Assembly: GCA_019429005.1 (NCBI GenBank)
Contig: JAHYJR010000002.1
Coordinates: forward strand, 40,752-104,751
Origin: Nanobdellati archaeon
Lineage (GTDB): Archaea > EX4484-52 > GLR71
DNA length: 64,000 bases
Reading direction: 5' to 3'
Shown: positions 1 through 10,055 of the stretch, one piece after another
How the letters are laid out: every line of letters starts with the position of its first letter
Position numbering within the stretch: the stretch's first letter is position 1
Made by a program: the position numbers and the translations under genes
The notes under the pieces: generated by a model
Databases searched by the model: none
Seen by the model: only the letters and a program-made list of their open reading frames with translations
What the model was told of the DNA's origin: nothing

Positions 1-2
1 TT

Positions 3-281
3 GTAAGAAAGAAAGACTGTGAAGTTAATAAACATAATTTTGAATATGATAGTAATACTAAAATGACCACATATAAGTTCATAAATTCAGATAAAAAATC
101 CACACCAATACAAATTTCAAGATATTTTCACACAAAAAATTCCATTTCTGATCATCTAAAAACTGCAGGTTTCAATATAGAATAAATTAGAAAATATAAA
201 GAACAATTATTTAGTGATTATTTGAGAACTATACCTTCTCAAAAAAAATCATCAATAATTTAATTGCTGGCTAAAAAATAA
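3..281 (+). pseudogene. 3' remnant of a probable class I SAM methyltransferase-like gene (truncated by window edge)
   Basis: Frame 3 reads YFHTKNSISDHLKTAGFNIE*IRKY...SII*LLAKK*. The LxxAGF and terminal xAKK segments resemble methyltransferase C-termini; in-frame TAA at 183 and 261. Confidence 0.35.
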
Positions 282-304
282 TCCGATAAACAACAAAACA
301 AAAA

Positions 305-2734
305 TCACATATCAAATCCAAGTTTGATATCATAACCATTGCATTCTATATCACAATCATCTTTAAACTCAAGAGTTTCAGCTTTAACTGTATTTTGTAT
401 ATCTTCAGATACAGTATCAATCAAATCTTTTAGTTCATCACTACAAGAGATTCTTATCTTTTTTATAGGCTGATTCATAGACACATTTTGTATTGACTTG
501 TATTTTCTTACAGCCCCAATTATGGAACAAGCTATATCACCAGATTTTTCAGATGTTTTATCAATAAGATCTTTTTCAATTTCAGGCCAAGCAGTTATAT
601 GCACACTTTCAGATTTTTCGTTTTCTTTGAAAAATATCTGATAAATCTCTTCAGAAATATAGGGTGTAATTGGTGCAATCAATTTAACACACGCAAGAAG
701 AACTTTGTAAAGTGTATAATGTGCTGATTCTTTTGAACCTTTAGGATATTTATCAGGATTATATAATCTATCTTTTGCAATCTCAAGATAGTTATCACAT
801 AAATCTTGCCAGAAAAAGTTCTCAAACGCTCTTTTTGACTTTGAATATTGATATTCATCAAAAGCTTCAGTACACGTCTTAATTGTATCTGTCATCTTTG
901 AAAGTATCCATTTATCAATAGTATTGGTTACCTTAATTTTTTTAGGTTTATAATCTTCAAGATGTATAAATGCAAACTTAGACGCATTCCACATCTTTGT
1001 TACAAACTTGAGACCTGTTTTGATATCTTTCTCTTGATAAGACATATCATCTCCAAGCTTAGATTCAGATGCCCAGAAACGTAACGCATCAGCAGGATAC
1101 TTTTGAAGGACTGTAGATGGTTCAATTACATTTCCTTTTGATTTTGACATTTTTTTTCCGTGTGAATCTAGTGCAAATCCACTTATCATAGTATTTTTCC
1201 AAGGTATGTTATTTTCATGGAACATACTTTTTACAACAGTATTGAATAGCCATAATGTTATTATATCATGTGCTTGAGTTCGCAGGTCCATAGGGAATAA
1301 TTTTTTCATAGCATCTTTATCATCAATAAGACCTATTGCAATCTGTGGTGTAAGTGTTGAAGTTGCCCATGTGTTCATCACATCACGATCAGGTTCAAAA
1401 TCGGAGCTACCACATTTACATTTGTTTTTAGGTTTATCTGTTAAGGGATCAACAGGTAATTGACTTTCATCTGCTACGTTTATTTCTCCACATTTTTTAC
1501 AGTACCATACGGGGAAGGGTATACCAAAACTTCTTTGCATAGATATACACCAATCCCATTGAAGACCATTAATCCAATTATCATATCTTGTTCGCATATA
1601 TTCTGGATACCAATTTATCTTTTTTCCAGCATCAATAAATTCTTTTTTAAGATCAAGATATTTGATAAACCATTGGCTTGTCTTTAATATTTCAATTTCA
1701 GTATCACATCTTTCATGTACATTAACACTATGTGTTATCTTTTTAGAACTTTTGAGTATTCCCGCTTTCTCAAGGTCTTCAATTATAATTTTTCTAGCTT
1801 CTTTTATTTGCATACCTTCATATTTTCCAGCAATTTTAGTCATTTTTCCATCTTTAGTTATTGCAACCCTAAGTGGAAGTTTATGAGCCTTAAACCATTC
1901 AATATCAGTCTGGTCACCAAAAGTACAGCACATAACAAGACCTGTACCTTTTTCAGGATCAACACGTTCATCAAGTAAAACAGTCACATCATGTCCAAAT
2001 ATAGGTACTTTAGCTGTGGTGCCTTCAAGTTTTTTATATCGTTTATCATCAGGATGTGCAAAAAGTGCAACGCAAGCAGGAAGTAATTCAGGTCGTGTTG
2101 TGCTTATTATAGCATCTTTACCATCTTTAAGGGTAAATGCAAGATCATTAAAACTACTATCAAGTTCCTTATCTTGAAGCTCAATCTGTGCAATTGCAGT
2201 CTGACATGTAGGACACCATATATAAGGTGCTTCCATTCGATATTCTCGTCCCATTTTATAAAGATCAATAAAAGATTTCTGTGATATTTTTTGCGAATGT
2301 AAATCTATTGTAGAATAAGAAAGTGACCAATCTGCAGATATACCTATATTTTTCCAACCTTGTATAAAAGCATCACGAAGTTCATTGATTGTTGAATGAC
2401 AAAGTTTTACAAAATCACCTCTTTCCATTTTAGAGGATTTTACATTTTTCATTTTTTCAACAAGTTTTGCTGTAGGAAGTCCATTATCATCTGTTCCAAA
2501 AGGGAAAAATACACTAAAACCTCTCATTCTTTTGTATCTTGCGATAAAATCCATTTGTGAAAAAGAGAATGCATGACCCATATGCATATTTCCAGACATT
2601 GTAGGTGGTGGAGAATCAATTGAATATATCTTTTTTGAATTTATATCAAATTTATATATCTCTTTTTTATTCCATTTATCATTGATTCTATTTTCAGCAT
2701 CTTGCCATTCATATTTATTAGGAATTTCTCGCAT
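305..2734 (-). CDS. valS: Valine--tRNA ligase
   Basis: PPPTMSGNMHMGH (HIGH), KMSKSKGN, DWCISxQ, GTGLVMCCTFGD. Start moved to the ATG behind the GTGAT SD. Confidence 0.97.
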   Translation of the reverse strand: MREIPNKYEWQDAENRINDKWNKKEIYKFDINSKKIYSIDSPPPTMSGNMHMGHAFSFSQMDFIARYKRMRGFSVFFPFGTDDNGLPTAKLVEKMKNVKSSKMERGDFVKLCHSTINELRDAFIQGWKNIGISADWSLSYSTIDLHSQKISQKSFIDLYKMGREYRMEAPYIWCPTCQTAIAQIELQDKELDSSFNDLAFTLKDGKDAIISTTRPELLPACVALFAHPDDKRYKKLEGTTAKVPIFGHDVTVLLDERVDPEKGTGLVMCCTFGDQTDIEWFKAHKLPLRVAITKDGKMTKIAGKYEGMQIKEARKIIIEDLEKAGILKSSKKITHSVNVHERCDTEIEILKTSQWFIKYLDLKKEFIDAGKKINWYPEYMRTRYDNWINGLQWDWCISMQRSFGIPFPVWYCKKCGEINVADESQLPVDPLTDKPKNKCKCGSSDFEPDRDVMNTWATSTLTPQIAIGLIDDKDAMKKLFPMDLRTQAHDIITLWLFNTVVKSMFHENNIPWKNTMISGFALDSHGKKMSKSKGNVIEPSTVLQKYPADALRFWASESKLGDDMSYQEKDIKTGLKFVTKMWNASKFAFIHLEDYKPKKIKVTNTIDKWILSKMTDTIKTCTEAFDEYQYSKSKRAFENFFWQDLCDNYLEIAKDRLYNPDKYPKGSKESAHYTLYKVLLACVKLIAPITPYISEEIYQIFFKENEKSESVHITAWPEIEKDLIDKTSEKSGDIACSIIGAVRKYKSIQNVSMNQPIKKIRISCSDELKDLIDTVSEDIQNTVKAETLEFKDDCDIECNGYDIKLGFDM

Positions 2735-2849
2735 AAATATCACGTTTTATAATTTTTAGATATTTAATCATATAAATCTACTTATTTTTTTGTGTTTTAT
2801 AGAAAGATATTTAAACGCTTGGTTTAAATAACTATTATGTAGTGATATC

Positions 2850-3869
2850 ATGACATATTTATATCCTAGTTATGGAGAATCCCTTGATTTTCCAACAGAT
2901 TTTGATGATAGATTAGATATTGTCTTATCAATTATAAATACAGAATCAAAATCTGCAATTCATGGATTTTGTTTAGATAATATTCCCAAAACAAAAGCTG
3001 AAATAAGAAATATTGCAAAAGATTATATGACAAACACTTCATCACTTCCAGACCCATCAACATTTGGAGAATATTGTAATTTTTTCTTTGAAAAAGGATC
3101 AGTTTCTAAAAGTAATATTTATTCAAAACCTAAAAAACAACCTAAGAATAAATTTAAATTATCTGAAGAAGGTTATAAATATATCAAACCATTATCACAA
3201 TTTTCACTTAAATATGCCGTTGATAATAATCTTAGTATGCAAGATATTTTTGGACAGACAAGTTCTAAAGGCTCTGGAAGCAGTCCATTTTATACTGGAA
3301 TAATATTGCTTGAACTTAATCAAAAGGATAATATAAGTATTCATGACATAAAAAATAATGTTAAAGTATATACAATTAATATAAGTAAACATCTTAAACG
3401 TCTTGAAAATTGTGGTTTTGTTGACTATGAATCTGTTTTTTCAGAAACATCAAATTGGTCTGAACAAGATATTAAAGCAAAATATATACCTTGCGAAATA
3501 CAATCAAATGTAATATTAACAGATAAAGGTCGCCAATTTATTGAAGAGTATCTTAAACCAGTATATCAATTCATAAGTGATTCGGATTACGATATTGTTA
3601 ATGATACAATTAAGGACATAGACCCTTATGCATATATTTCAAAAGGTTTCGAATTATATAAAAAGGCATCACCAAGATCTAAAGCTGAATCTTGTGAAAC
3701 AATCCAAAATAAAATTCTTGAAATTTTAAAAAATGGCGAAGTTAGAAAAAAGGATATCGATTCAATTCTAGAAAAAAAAGACACATCAAAATATCTTAAA
3801 CCCTTATTTGAGAATGGTATTCTCAACAAACGAAAATCAGGACTTGCTGTATTTTATTCTATTTTATAA
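2850..3869 (+). CDS. Multi winged-helix (ArsR/MarR-like) DNA-binding protein
   Basis: Repeated wHTH-like segments (ISKHLKRLENCGFVD; SKYLKPLFENGILNK); GTGAT SD upstream. Confidence 0.6.
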   Translation: MTYLYPSYGESLDFPTDFDDRLDIVLSIINTESKSAIHGFCLDNIPKTKAEIRNIAKDYMTNTSSLPDPSTFGEYCNFFFEKGSVSKSNIYSKPKKQPKNKFKLSEEGYKYIKPLSQFSLKYAVDNNLSMQDIFGQTSSKGSGSSPFYTGIILLELNQKDNISIHDIKNNVKVYTINISKHLKRLENCGFVDYESVFSETSNWSEQDIKAKYIPCEIQSNVILTDKGRQFIEEYLKPVYQFISDSDYDIVNDTIKDIDPYAYISKGFELYKKASPRSKAESCETIQNKILEILKNGEVRKKDIDSILEKKDTSKYLKPLFENGILNKRKSGLAVFYSIL

Positions 3870-3907
3870 AATTAAAATACAATTTTAAAATAAAAATAAC
3901 AAAAAAT

Positions 3908-5050
3908 CTAAAACAAAATAAATGCTAAAGACACGATACCTGCGACAGAAAAACCAAAAAATATCTTTAGTATTGCATCTGATACAAGAAGGGTACATGC
4001 TAAAAATATAACTTTCCCTAGATTCATTGAAAATTCTTTAAATACTATAAATTCATCAGGATTTTTCTTATTTGCTTCATCAAAACTTACAGCAACAAAA
4101 GGAAGATCAATTAATACAATAATCAGACCACCTAAAAAGCTTAATATAAAATAATCAATTGTACCTTTTGAGAAAATTCTGACAAACCATAATATACCGA
4201 AAAGTAAACCGCCATAACGTATAAGTTTAAATTTATCCATGTTATCCGATTTTTTACCAATATAAAATGTAAATGCAATTATTCCAAGACTTGTTATAGT
4301 ATGAGATAACCCCATTCCAATTGTGCTTCCTTGAAGTCCCCAATATATGAAAATTGGCCAAAATAAATAACTAACTAGCGATTTGATACCATGAAACATA
4401 AAATATATTAAATATTTAAAATTATTTTTAAATTTCAACATTTTTTTAAATGAAAAATTAACATGAGTTTTTGTATCTTTTGTGAAAAATAAAGGTATAA
4501 TTGATATACAAACAAATACTGTTGTTGTTATAAAAAGTATATTAAAACCAAAAACAAGTGCGATTAGACCTCCAATTGTAGGACCTGCAAGCGATGCAAT
4601 TTGTGGTATGGAAAACAGTTTACTTGTTTGTGTTCCTCTATGTAATTTATTACTATGTTTAGCAAATATTGAATTTATTGAATTCCAATATAATGATGCA
4701 CTACCTCCACCAATTAATGCAAGTAAATATATTGATATTGAATATGTTTCTATAAAATTTAAACCAAGTAAAAATGTAATAAGGAATGGCACTCTTAACA
4801 TAATTATATGTTTAAAACCAATCTTGTTTGCAAGTGTTGCAGCAAATGGTGATACAAAACCAAGAGTACCTTCAAAAACAATAAAGAACATAATAACTTC
4901 ATTAAAAGAATAACCTAGTTTAAGAAGATATATCGGTATAAATACAGATACGAGAGATAATGCAAAGCTTTGTATTGATAAGTTCATGTATACCTCCGAA
5001 AGCTCATTCTTAAGTATATGAATCTTATGAAAATGATAATGTCTATGCAT
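3908..5050 (-). CDS. MFS transporter
   Basis: About 12 hydrophobic segments; MFS motif-A-like ATLANKIGFK and GKKSDNMDK; AGPTIGGLIA. Confidence 0.85.
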   Translation of the reverse strand: MHRHYHFHKIHILKNELSEVYMNLSIQSFALSLVSVFIPIYLLKLGYSFNEVIMFFIVFEGTLGFVSPFAATLANKIGFKHIIMLRVPFLITFLLGLNFIETYSISIYLLALIGGGSASLYWNSINSIFAKHSNKLHRGTQTSKLFSIPQIASLAGPTIGGLIALVFGFNILFITTTVFVCISIIPLFFTKDTKTHVNFSFKKMLKFKNNFKYLIYFMFHGIKSLVSYLFWPIFIYWGLQGSTIGMGLSHTITSLGIIAFTFYIGKKSDNMDKFKLIRYGGLLFGILWFVRIFSKGTIDYFILSFLGGLIIVLIDLPFVAVSFDEANKKNPDEFIVFKEFSMNLGKVIFLACTLLVSDAILKIFFGFSVAGIVSLAFILF

Positions 5051-5143
5051 ATTATCAGTATATTTAATCTAGTTTATATATTTTCGTGATGTTCCCTATT
5101 TAAAACGATAATTTTATAACCCTTAAAATATATTAAATATTAT

Positions 5144-5671
5144 ATAAAACAAAGAGCGTTAATACTAGTAGATTTTGAAAATGAATGGATTAATAAAAAT
5201 TCAGATTATTTTGTTGGAGATATTTCAAAAGTTATTGAAAAGACAAATAAGCTTATTGATTTTTGTAGAAAAAACAATTATAAAATAATATTCATTGCAC
5301 ATATTGAAAAAGATTCAAATAATGTATTTGCAGAAAATTCTGAAAACATAAAAATTATTAACGAAATCAAAAGACACGATACCGATGTATTAATTAAAAA
5401 ATATAAAATTATTCCATTTTTTAAGACGTCTCTTGAAGAAGAACTTCAAAGTATTAATGAAATTATTGTTTGTGGGATCTTAACAAATTTATGTGTTAGA
5501 AGTCTTATTCAAGATGCATATGATAGAGATTTTGAAATAAAAGTAATTAAAGATTGTTGTGTCGCTTTTGATGACAAAACACAAGAATTTACATTTAAAG
5601 ATTTAAAGGATACAAGAGAAGAAATCGAATTCATAGATTTGAATGATTATATTGAATTCAATTTAAATTAG
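5144..5671 (+). CDS. Isochorismatase-family cysteine hydrolase (no canonical start; ATA start or start-lost)
   Basis: Uninterrupted 175-codon frame IKQRALILVDFENEW...IKKYKIIPFFKT...VCGILTNLCVRS...DAYDRDF...IKDCC with the Asp/Lys/Cys triad. Missed by the ORF track. Confidence 0.85.
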   Translation: MKQRALILVDFENEWINKNSDYFVGDISKVIEKTNKLIDFCRKNNYKIIFIAHIEKDSNNVFAENSENIKIINEIKRHDTDVLIKKYKIIPFFKTSLEEELQSINEIIVCGILTNLCVRSLIQDAYDRDFEIKVIKDCCVAFDDKTQEFTFKDLKDTREEIEFIDLNDYIEFNLN

Positions 5672-5764
5672 TTATTTTAACAATGTATTATCAGTCAAAT
5701 AATATGATTTTTTTAAAATAATTAAAATAGAAAACTATTTATTACACCTAGGTCAATTTAGATT

Positions 5765-6094
5765 ATGCACCGTCTGAATATATATCCAAAAGAGCTTAAT
5801 AAAAAGTCGAAGATTATAATTACATCTTTAATTATATTTTGTATATTATTAATTATAGTCTCTTTATATACATCAGGTAACATAAAAACGTTATTTTGTG
5901 AAAACGAAAAAGTACTTATAATAAATAGTAATGGCGGAACATTCGGCACACTTCTTGGAGAAGACAAAAATCATGTATTTCCAAATGGTGCTGTCGGCGG
6001 TTATAATATAATTTCACAGACTGGAGAAAACACATGGGTCATTTCAAGTACAGTAGATGGTTTTGCTCGTAAAGAAACAAGATGTATAAACTGA
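5765..6094 (+). CDS. Hypothetical protein with N-terminal membrane anchor
   Basis: 109-aa ORF with one TM segment, AGGT SD upstream. Confidence 0.55.
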   Translation: MHRLNIYPKELNKKSKIIITSLIIFCILLIIVSLYTSGNIKTLFCENEKVLIINSNGGTFGTLLGEDKNHVFPNGAVGGYNIISQTGENTWVISSTVDGFARKETRCIN

Positions 6095-6112
6095 TAAGAT
6101 GTATAAACTGAT
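6079..6112. repeat. 17-bp direct tandem duplication AAGATGTATAAACTGAT x2
   Basis: Seen directly; spans the stop codon of the preceding ORF. Confidence 0.9.
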
Positions 6113-6216
6113 TTGAGTATATATATTTTTGTTTTTAGTATTTCTCATTTTCTAATATATTTTTTCTAATATATTATAAATCTTATTTTTTTATAAATCA
6201 ATCTTTTTTTAAAATT

Positions 6217-6402
6217 TTATTTCATTTTTCGTGACACATAAAATATAATCACAGTTATAACAAAATAAATCAGCATATAATACAATATAGTACTTGTGCA
6301 TAACTGATCTTGTAGCTTTAAAAGGGTTAATATATAAGTTAAAGAAACTGCAAAAAGTATATATCCTATAACCTGTTTTTGTTTAATTTTTTTTATTATC
6401 AT
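6217..6402 (-). CDS. Small hypothetical membrane protein
   Basis: 61 aa with two TM segments, 13 bp downstream of the upstream co-directional gene. Confidence 0.5.
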   Translation of the reverse strand: MIIKKIKQKQVIGYILFAVSLTYILTLLKLQDQLCTSTILYYMLIYFVITVIIFYVSRKMK

Positions 6403-6415
6403 AAATAATCAGTTT

Positions 6416-6679
6416 CTAACAATATTTTCCTTTAATCTCTTCAAGCTTAACATACCATTCATTAACATCAAGTCGTTTCACATCAGGACCATGCAATAAT
6501 TCACCAGTTATAAGTTTGTTAAGAAGATATGGTGTTGCACATTTATCACAATCCGTATGACCTGCAAATTCACAGTAACTTTGTTGTTTCCATAGATTTA
6601 TGCAAAATTCAAGTTCAGAAACAAGTGTAGCTTTTGAAATATTTTCTTTATCATTTGAAACAGAGTCATAATTTTCCAT
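6416..6679 (-). CDS. Hypothetical Cys-containing protein
   Basis: C-x9-C-x7-C-x2-C pattern; GTGAT SD before the ATG. Confidence 0.65.
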   Translation of the reverse strand: MENYDSVSNDKENISKATLVSELEFCINLWKQQSYCEFAGHTDCDKCATPYLLNKLITGELLHGPDVKRLDVNEWYVKLEEIKGKYC

Positions 6680-6729
6680 AATAATCACAGAATATCATTA
6701 ATCTTAAATATTAATAACCTTATTGATTT

Positions 6730-7392
6730 TTAAAAAAAACATCGCATAAATTCTTTTTCCCAATCATCAAGATCATCATCTCCAATTTCATTTGAGACTT
6801 CTCGCTTTGCACGCGTTGTTTCTTTGTATTCTTTACGCCAATGATATGCAAAAAGACCACCTACAAAAAATCCGGTAAGATGTGCTACATGTCCAATATT
6901 GCTTGGCGTGAAAAGCCCAACAACATCAAAAACAATCCATAACCCCGCAAAAAAAGCCATAGGCAATGGAACACCACCCCAATATATCATCATCTTAGGC
7001 CTTAAAACACCAAGAATACCGATAACACCCATAATTGCACCAGATGCTCCAAGCGACATAGAATTAGGATAAGCGTAAATACTTGCTATAGCGGAAGTTA
7101 TACCTGCTATAAAATAAAGATGTAAAAATTTTCGTGAATCTATAACACGTTCAAGTATAAAACCAAACCATGCAAGTGCAAACATGTTATATACAAGATG
7201 TTCAATATCTGCATGCAAAAACATTGATGTGATAAGAGTCCATGGTGCAGATAATACATTTTCGGGATTTAAAGCAAATATTGGTACTATCCAAGGCGCA
7301 ACAGTTTCAATAAAAAAAATAATAAAATTAATAGCAACTAAAATCAATGAATAATAACCATGATATTCTTGTGTTTTCTTTTTAGTTGACAT
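6730..7392 (-). CDS. Rhomboid intramembrane serine protease
   Basis: PWTLITSMFLHADIEHLVYNM, catalytic GASG and AHLTG. Confidence 0.93.
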   Translation of the reverse strand: MSTKKKTQEYHGYYSLILVAINFIIFFIETVAPWIVPIFALNPENVLSAPWTLITSMFLHADIEHLVYNMFALAWFGFILERVIDSRKFLHLYFIAGITSAIASIYAYPNSMSLGASGAIMGVIGILGVLRPKMMIYWGGVPLPMAFFAGLWIVFDVVGLFTPSNIGHVAHLTGFFVGGLFAYHWRKEYKETTRAKREVSNEIGDDDLDDWEKEFMRCFF

Positions 7393-7434
7393 AGAAATAT
7401 ATTGCATCTATTATTTTTATGTTTGTTTGTGTTT

Positions 7435-8217
7435 TTAAAGACCTTTCATTATCTCGCGAATATCTGTTATTATAGTTGATGGTTTCTCATCACCAACAGC
7501 ATTTTCTATTTTTTCCATATTTGCATTATCATGAACAAGAACGCCCGTAAATAACCCACTTATATTTCCAAGTTTTATATCTGTACTTATATTGCTTCCA
7601 ATAAGTATTGTATCTTCAGGAAATAAAAAAATATCATTTAATATACGCTCTTTCATATACCCTGAAGGTGAACCGAGTAATTGAATATTCTTACCAGTAA
7701 AGGTTTTAACGGCTGTAGAAAATGGTAATGCACCCGGATAAATCTCATCACCGACAGACCATCTACTATCAAGACCTGTTGTATAAAGTTTTGCTCCAGC
7801 GTCAACAAGATCGTATATTTTTTTAAGTTTCCAATAAGTAAAATTTCTATCAGTCCCAATAAGAACATGTTTTGCATCATCTTTTATTGAAATACCATAT
7901 TTGTTAAGTTCTTTTATTAAACCAGATTCACCGACAACATAAACTTCATCAATATTATTTTCTTCAAAATATTTTGCACATACATACCCTGTACTGATAA
8001 TTTCTTTTTCACCTGTTTTTATGCCTAATTTTGTTAATCTCTGTGCAATCTGTTCACGAGTACTTATAGAATTACTAGTAATATAATATATTTTTTTGCC
8101 ACGATTTTTTAATGTAGAAATAACCCTATTTACATGAGGGTAAAGCTCATTCCATTTCCATATAGTGTCATCTAAACTAAATATAAATGTTTTTATATTT
8201 GAATAATTAGTAATCAT
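7435..8217 (-). CDS. HAD-IIA (NagD-like) fold protein, catalytic residues substituted
   Basis: NagD-like architecture (YVVGESGL, VLIGTDRNFTY, PGALP) but FSLDDT, GSP and GSNISTD at the catalytic motifs. Confidence 0.85.
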   Translation of the reverse strand: MITNYSNIKTFIFSLDDTIWKWNELYPHVNRVISTLKNRGKKIYYITSNSISTREQIAQRLTKLGIKTGEKEIISTGYVCAKYFEENNIDEVYVVGESGLIKELNKYGISIKDDAKHVLIGTDRNFTYWKLKKIYDLVDAGAKLYTTGLDSRWSVGDEIYPGALPFSTAVKTFTGKNIQLLGSPSGYMKERILNDIFLFPEDTILIGSNISTDIKLGNISGLFTGVLVHDNANMEKIENAVGDEKPSTIITDIREIMKGL

Positions 8218-8348
8218 GATTATCTTTTTGTTTAAGAAATAATTTAAAAGTATTGTTACTGTTTAAAAACATTATATTAAATTCAATTTGATTTAAAAAA
8301 AAATATACACAAAAATTAATTTTTATAGTTTTTTAAAATAAGTCTGAA

Positions 8349-9092
8349 TTAAGGCCCTAAAACAGTTTTTATTTTATCTAAAAAAGCAACGTTAATCTTA
8401 AGTTTATGATTCACAGCATCATCATAAGTTGTTTGGATAATATCAAGAAGTTCATCTCGTGCTTCATTTAATACAAATTTATTATCCTGAATTAAATCTG
8501 CAGATTTCAGTGCTTTTATATATAAACCATTATTATAATAAAATAAAATTTCAGTAACAAAATTATTATCTCTCAGTATCTCATGGTCTCTAAGAATCTG
8601 TGTTCGATAAAAACCATATTTCAAATGTGTTAAAGCTGTTTCCAAATCAAGATTTTTTGATTCTTTATAATACCTATAATAATCTCTAGTTAATTTTGTT
8701 AAATGTTTTATTCGATCATTAAAAAAAGGTGCAATTTCTTTCTTTTTCCTGAATAATTTTTTTTTAGACACATATTTATAATTTAAACCTGGAAATATGA
8801 ATCTAATTACGTTTATAATACTATTTGTTCCAATTTCACAATTTATATAAGGCGCATAATCTGAATTCATGAAATAAACATCATCATTAACTTTTGAAAT
8901 GATTTCAGTATTGACCAACTTATTTAATATAGCTATATTTTTTTCTTCAACAATAAAATTGAATTCACAAAAATCTTTGAACATGTCATACATTTGAATT
9001 ACATTAAAACTTTTACCTGGTTTAATATCAGTCAAATTCATGACATAGATTGCTACATCTTTCTTAATTTCATAGTCGTTATCCAAAATCAC
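8349..9092 (-). CDS. Hypothetical protein
   Basis: 247-aa ORF; GGTGTG SD suggests the TTG at 9086 as start. Confidence 0.65.
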   Translation of the reverse strand: MILDNDYEIKKDVAIYVMNLTDIKPGKSFNVIQMYDMFKDFCEFNFIVEEKNIAILNKLVNTEIISKVNDDVYFMNSDYAPYINCEIGTNSIINVIRFIFPGLNYKYVSKKKLFRKKKEIAPFFNDRIKHLTKLTRDYYRYYKESKNLDLETALTHLKYGFYRTQILRDHEILRDNNFVTEILFYYNNGLYIKALKSADLIQDNKFVLNEARDELLDIIQTTYDDAVNHKLKINVAFLDKIKTVLGP

Positions 9093-9247
9093 ACCATTTT
9101 AGTTTATTTAACATTATAATTTAGATTTCAATGTTTTTATTTGTTTTAATTGTGATAAAATGTCAAAATAGCTATATAATATGATATTTATAGTTTTATT
9201 AACAAAAATAATAACACAATATATAATCAGATTAAATGTGGCATTTA

Positions 9248-9614
9248 TGAAAGAAGTCATAAAATTGAAAAACCTTACAAAGGTTTACAATGTTCCAAGA
9301 AAAGGATTAAAAAGCACTTTATAAAAATGGAAAATGGAAAAATTCAAAACATAAAGAAAAAATATATTGATTCTAAATTAATTGAAGTTGAATATAGGGA
9401 TTGTAAAGATGAAACACTTTATGATAAAGTCTTATAAGATGTTGAAGTTATAACGAAAAATAATACACTTTTGATTTTAAAAGTCAAAGAGAAAAACGTT
9501 TCAGATGTAATTGGCAATATTTTCAAATCTCTGAAAGTGATTGATATCAAAATACAAGAACCCAAATTAGAAAATGTTGTAAAAAAGATTTACAAAAAGA
9601 AAAAGAATTCATAA
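9248..9614 (+). pseudogene. ABC transporter ATP-binding subunit relic (ATPase core deleted)
   Basis: N-terminus MKEVIKLKNLTKVYNVPRK abuts a C-terminal segment VIDIKIQEPKLENVVKKIY; no Walker motifs between them. Confidence 0.7.
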
Positions 9615-9625
9615 GGTAACTATTT

Positions 9626-9987
9626 ATGGGTTATGTGTCTAAGCATCTAAAAATATTCTAGAGAATTTGTGTGCTTAGTTTTAAAACAGTAATTGAATAT
9701 CGTGCTAATTTTTTTACTAGTTTAGTAGGTCAAATAACACACCTCTTAATCAAACTTCTATTCTGGAGTATTATATTTTTGAATATTCCCTCATTTGCAT
9801 GATTGCAATTAAAAGATATACTAATTTTATTCATCTTTTTTGAAATTTCAGAAATGATATTTAATTTTCTTCATGGTTTTTGTAATTTGCCTAATAAAAT
9901 TGTGAAAGGTGGATTATCGCACTATTTATTTTATCACGCTTTATCTGGAAACTTGGAGCAAAACGGTTTGAGTCACAAGGCGGTTAA
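9626..9987 (+). pseudogene. ABC-2 family (DUF990-like) permease relic
   Basis: KIF*RICVLSFKTVIEYRANFF...IPSFA*L...IVKGGLSHYL, then out-of-frame C-terminus FIWKLGAKRFESQGG*; two in-frame stops plus an internal deletion. Confidence 0.7.
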
Positions 9988-10055
9988 ATAATCCATGACT
10001 TAATTCATAACCCAAATACAATAACAATATAAACAAATAAAACCAATCTTAATCT

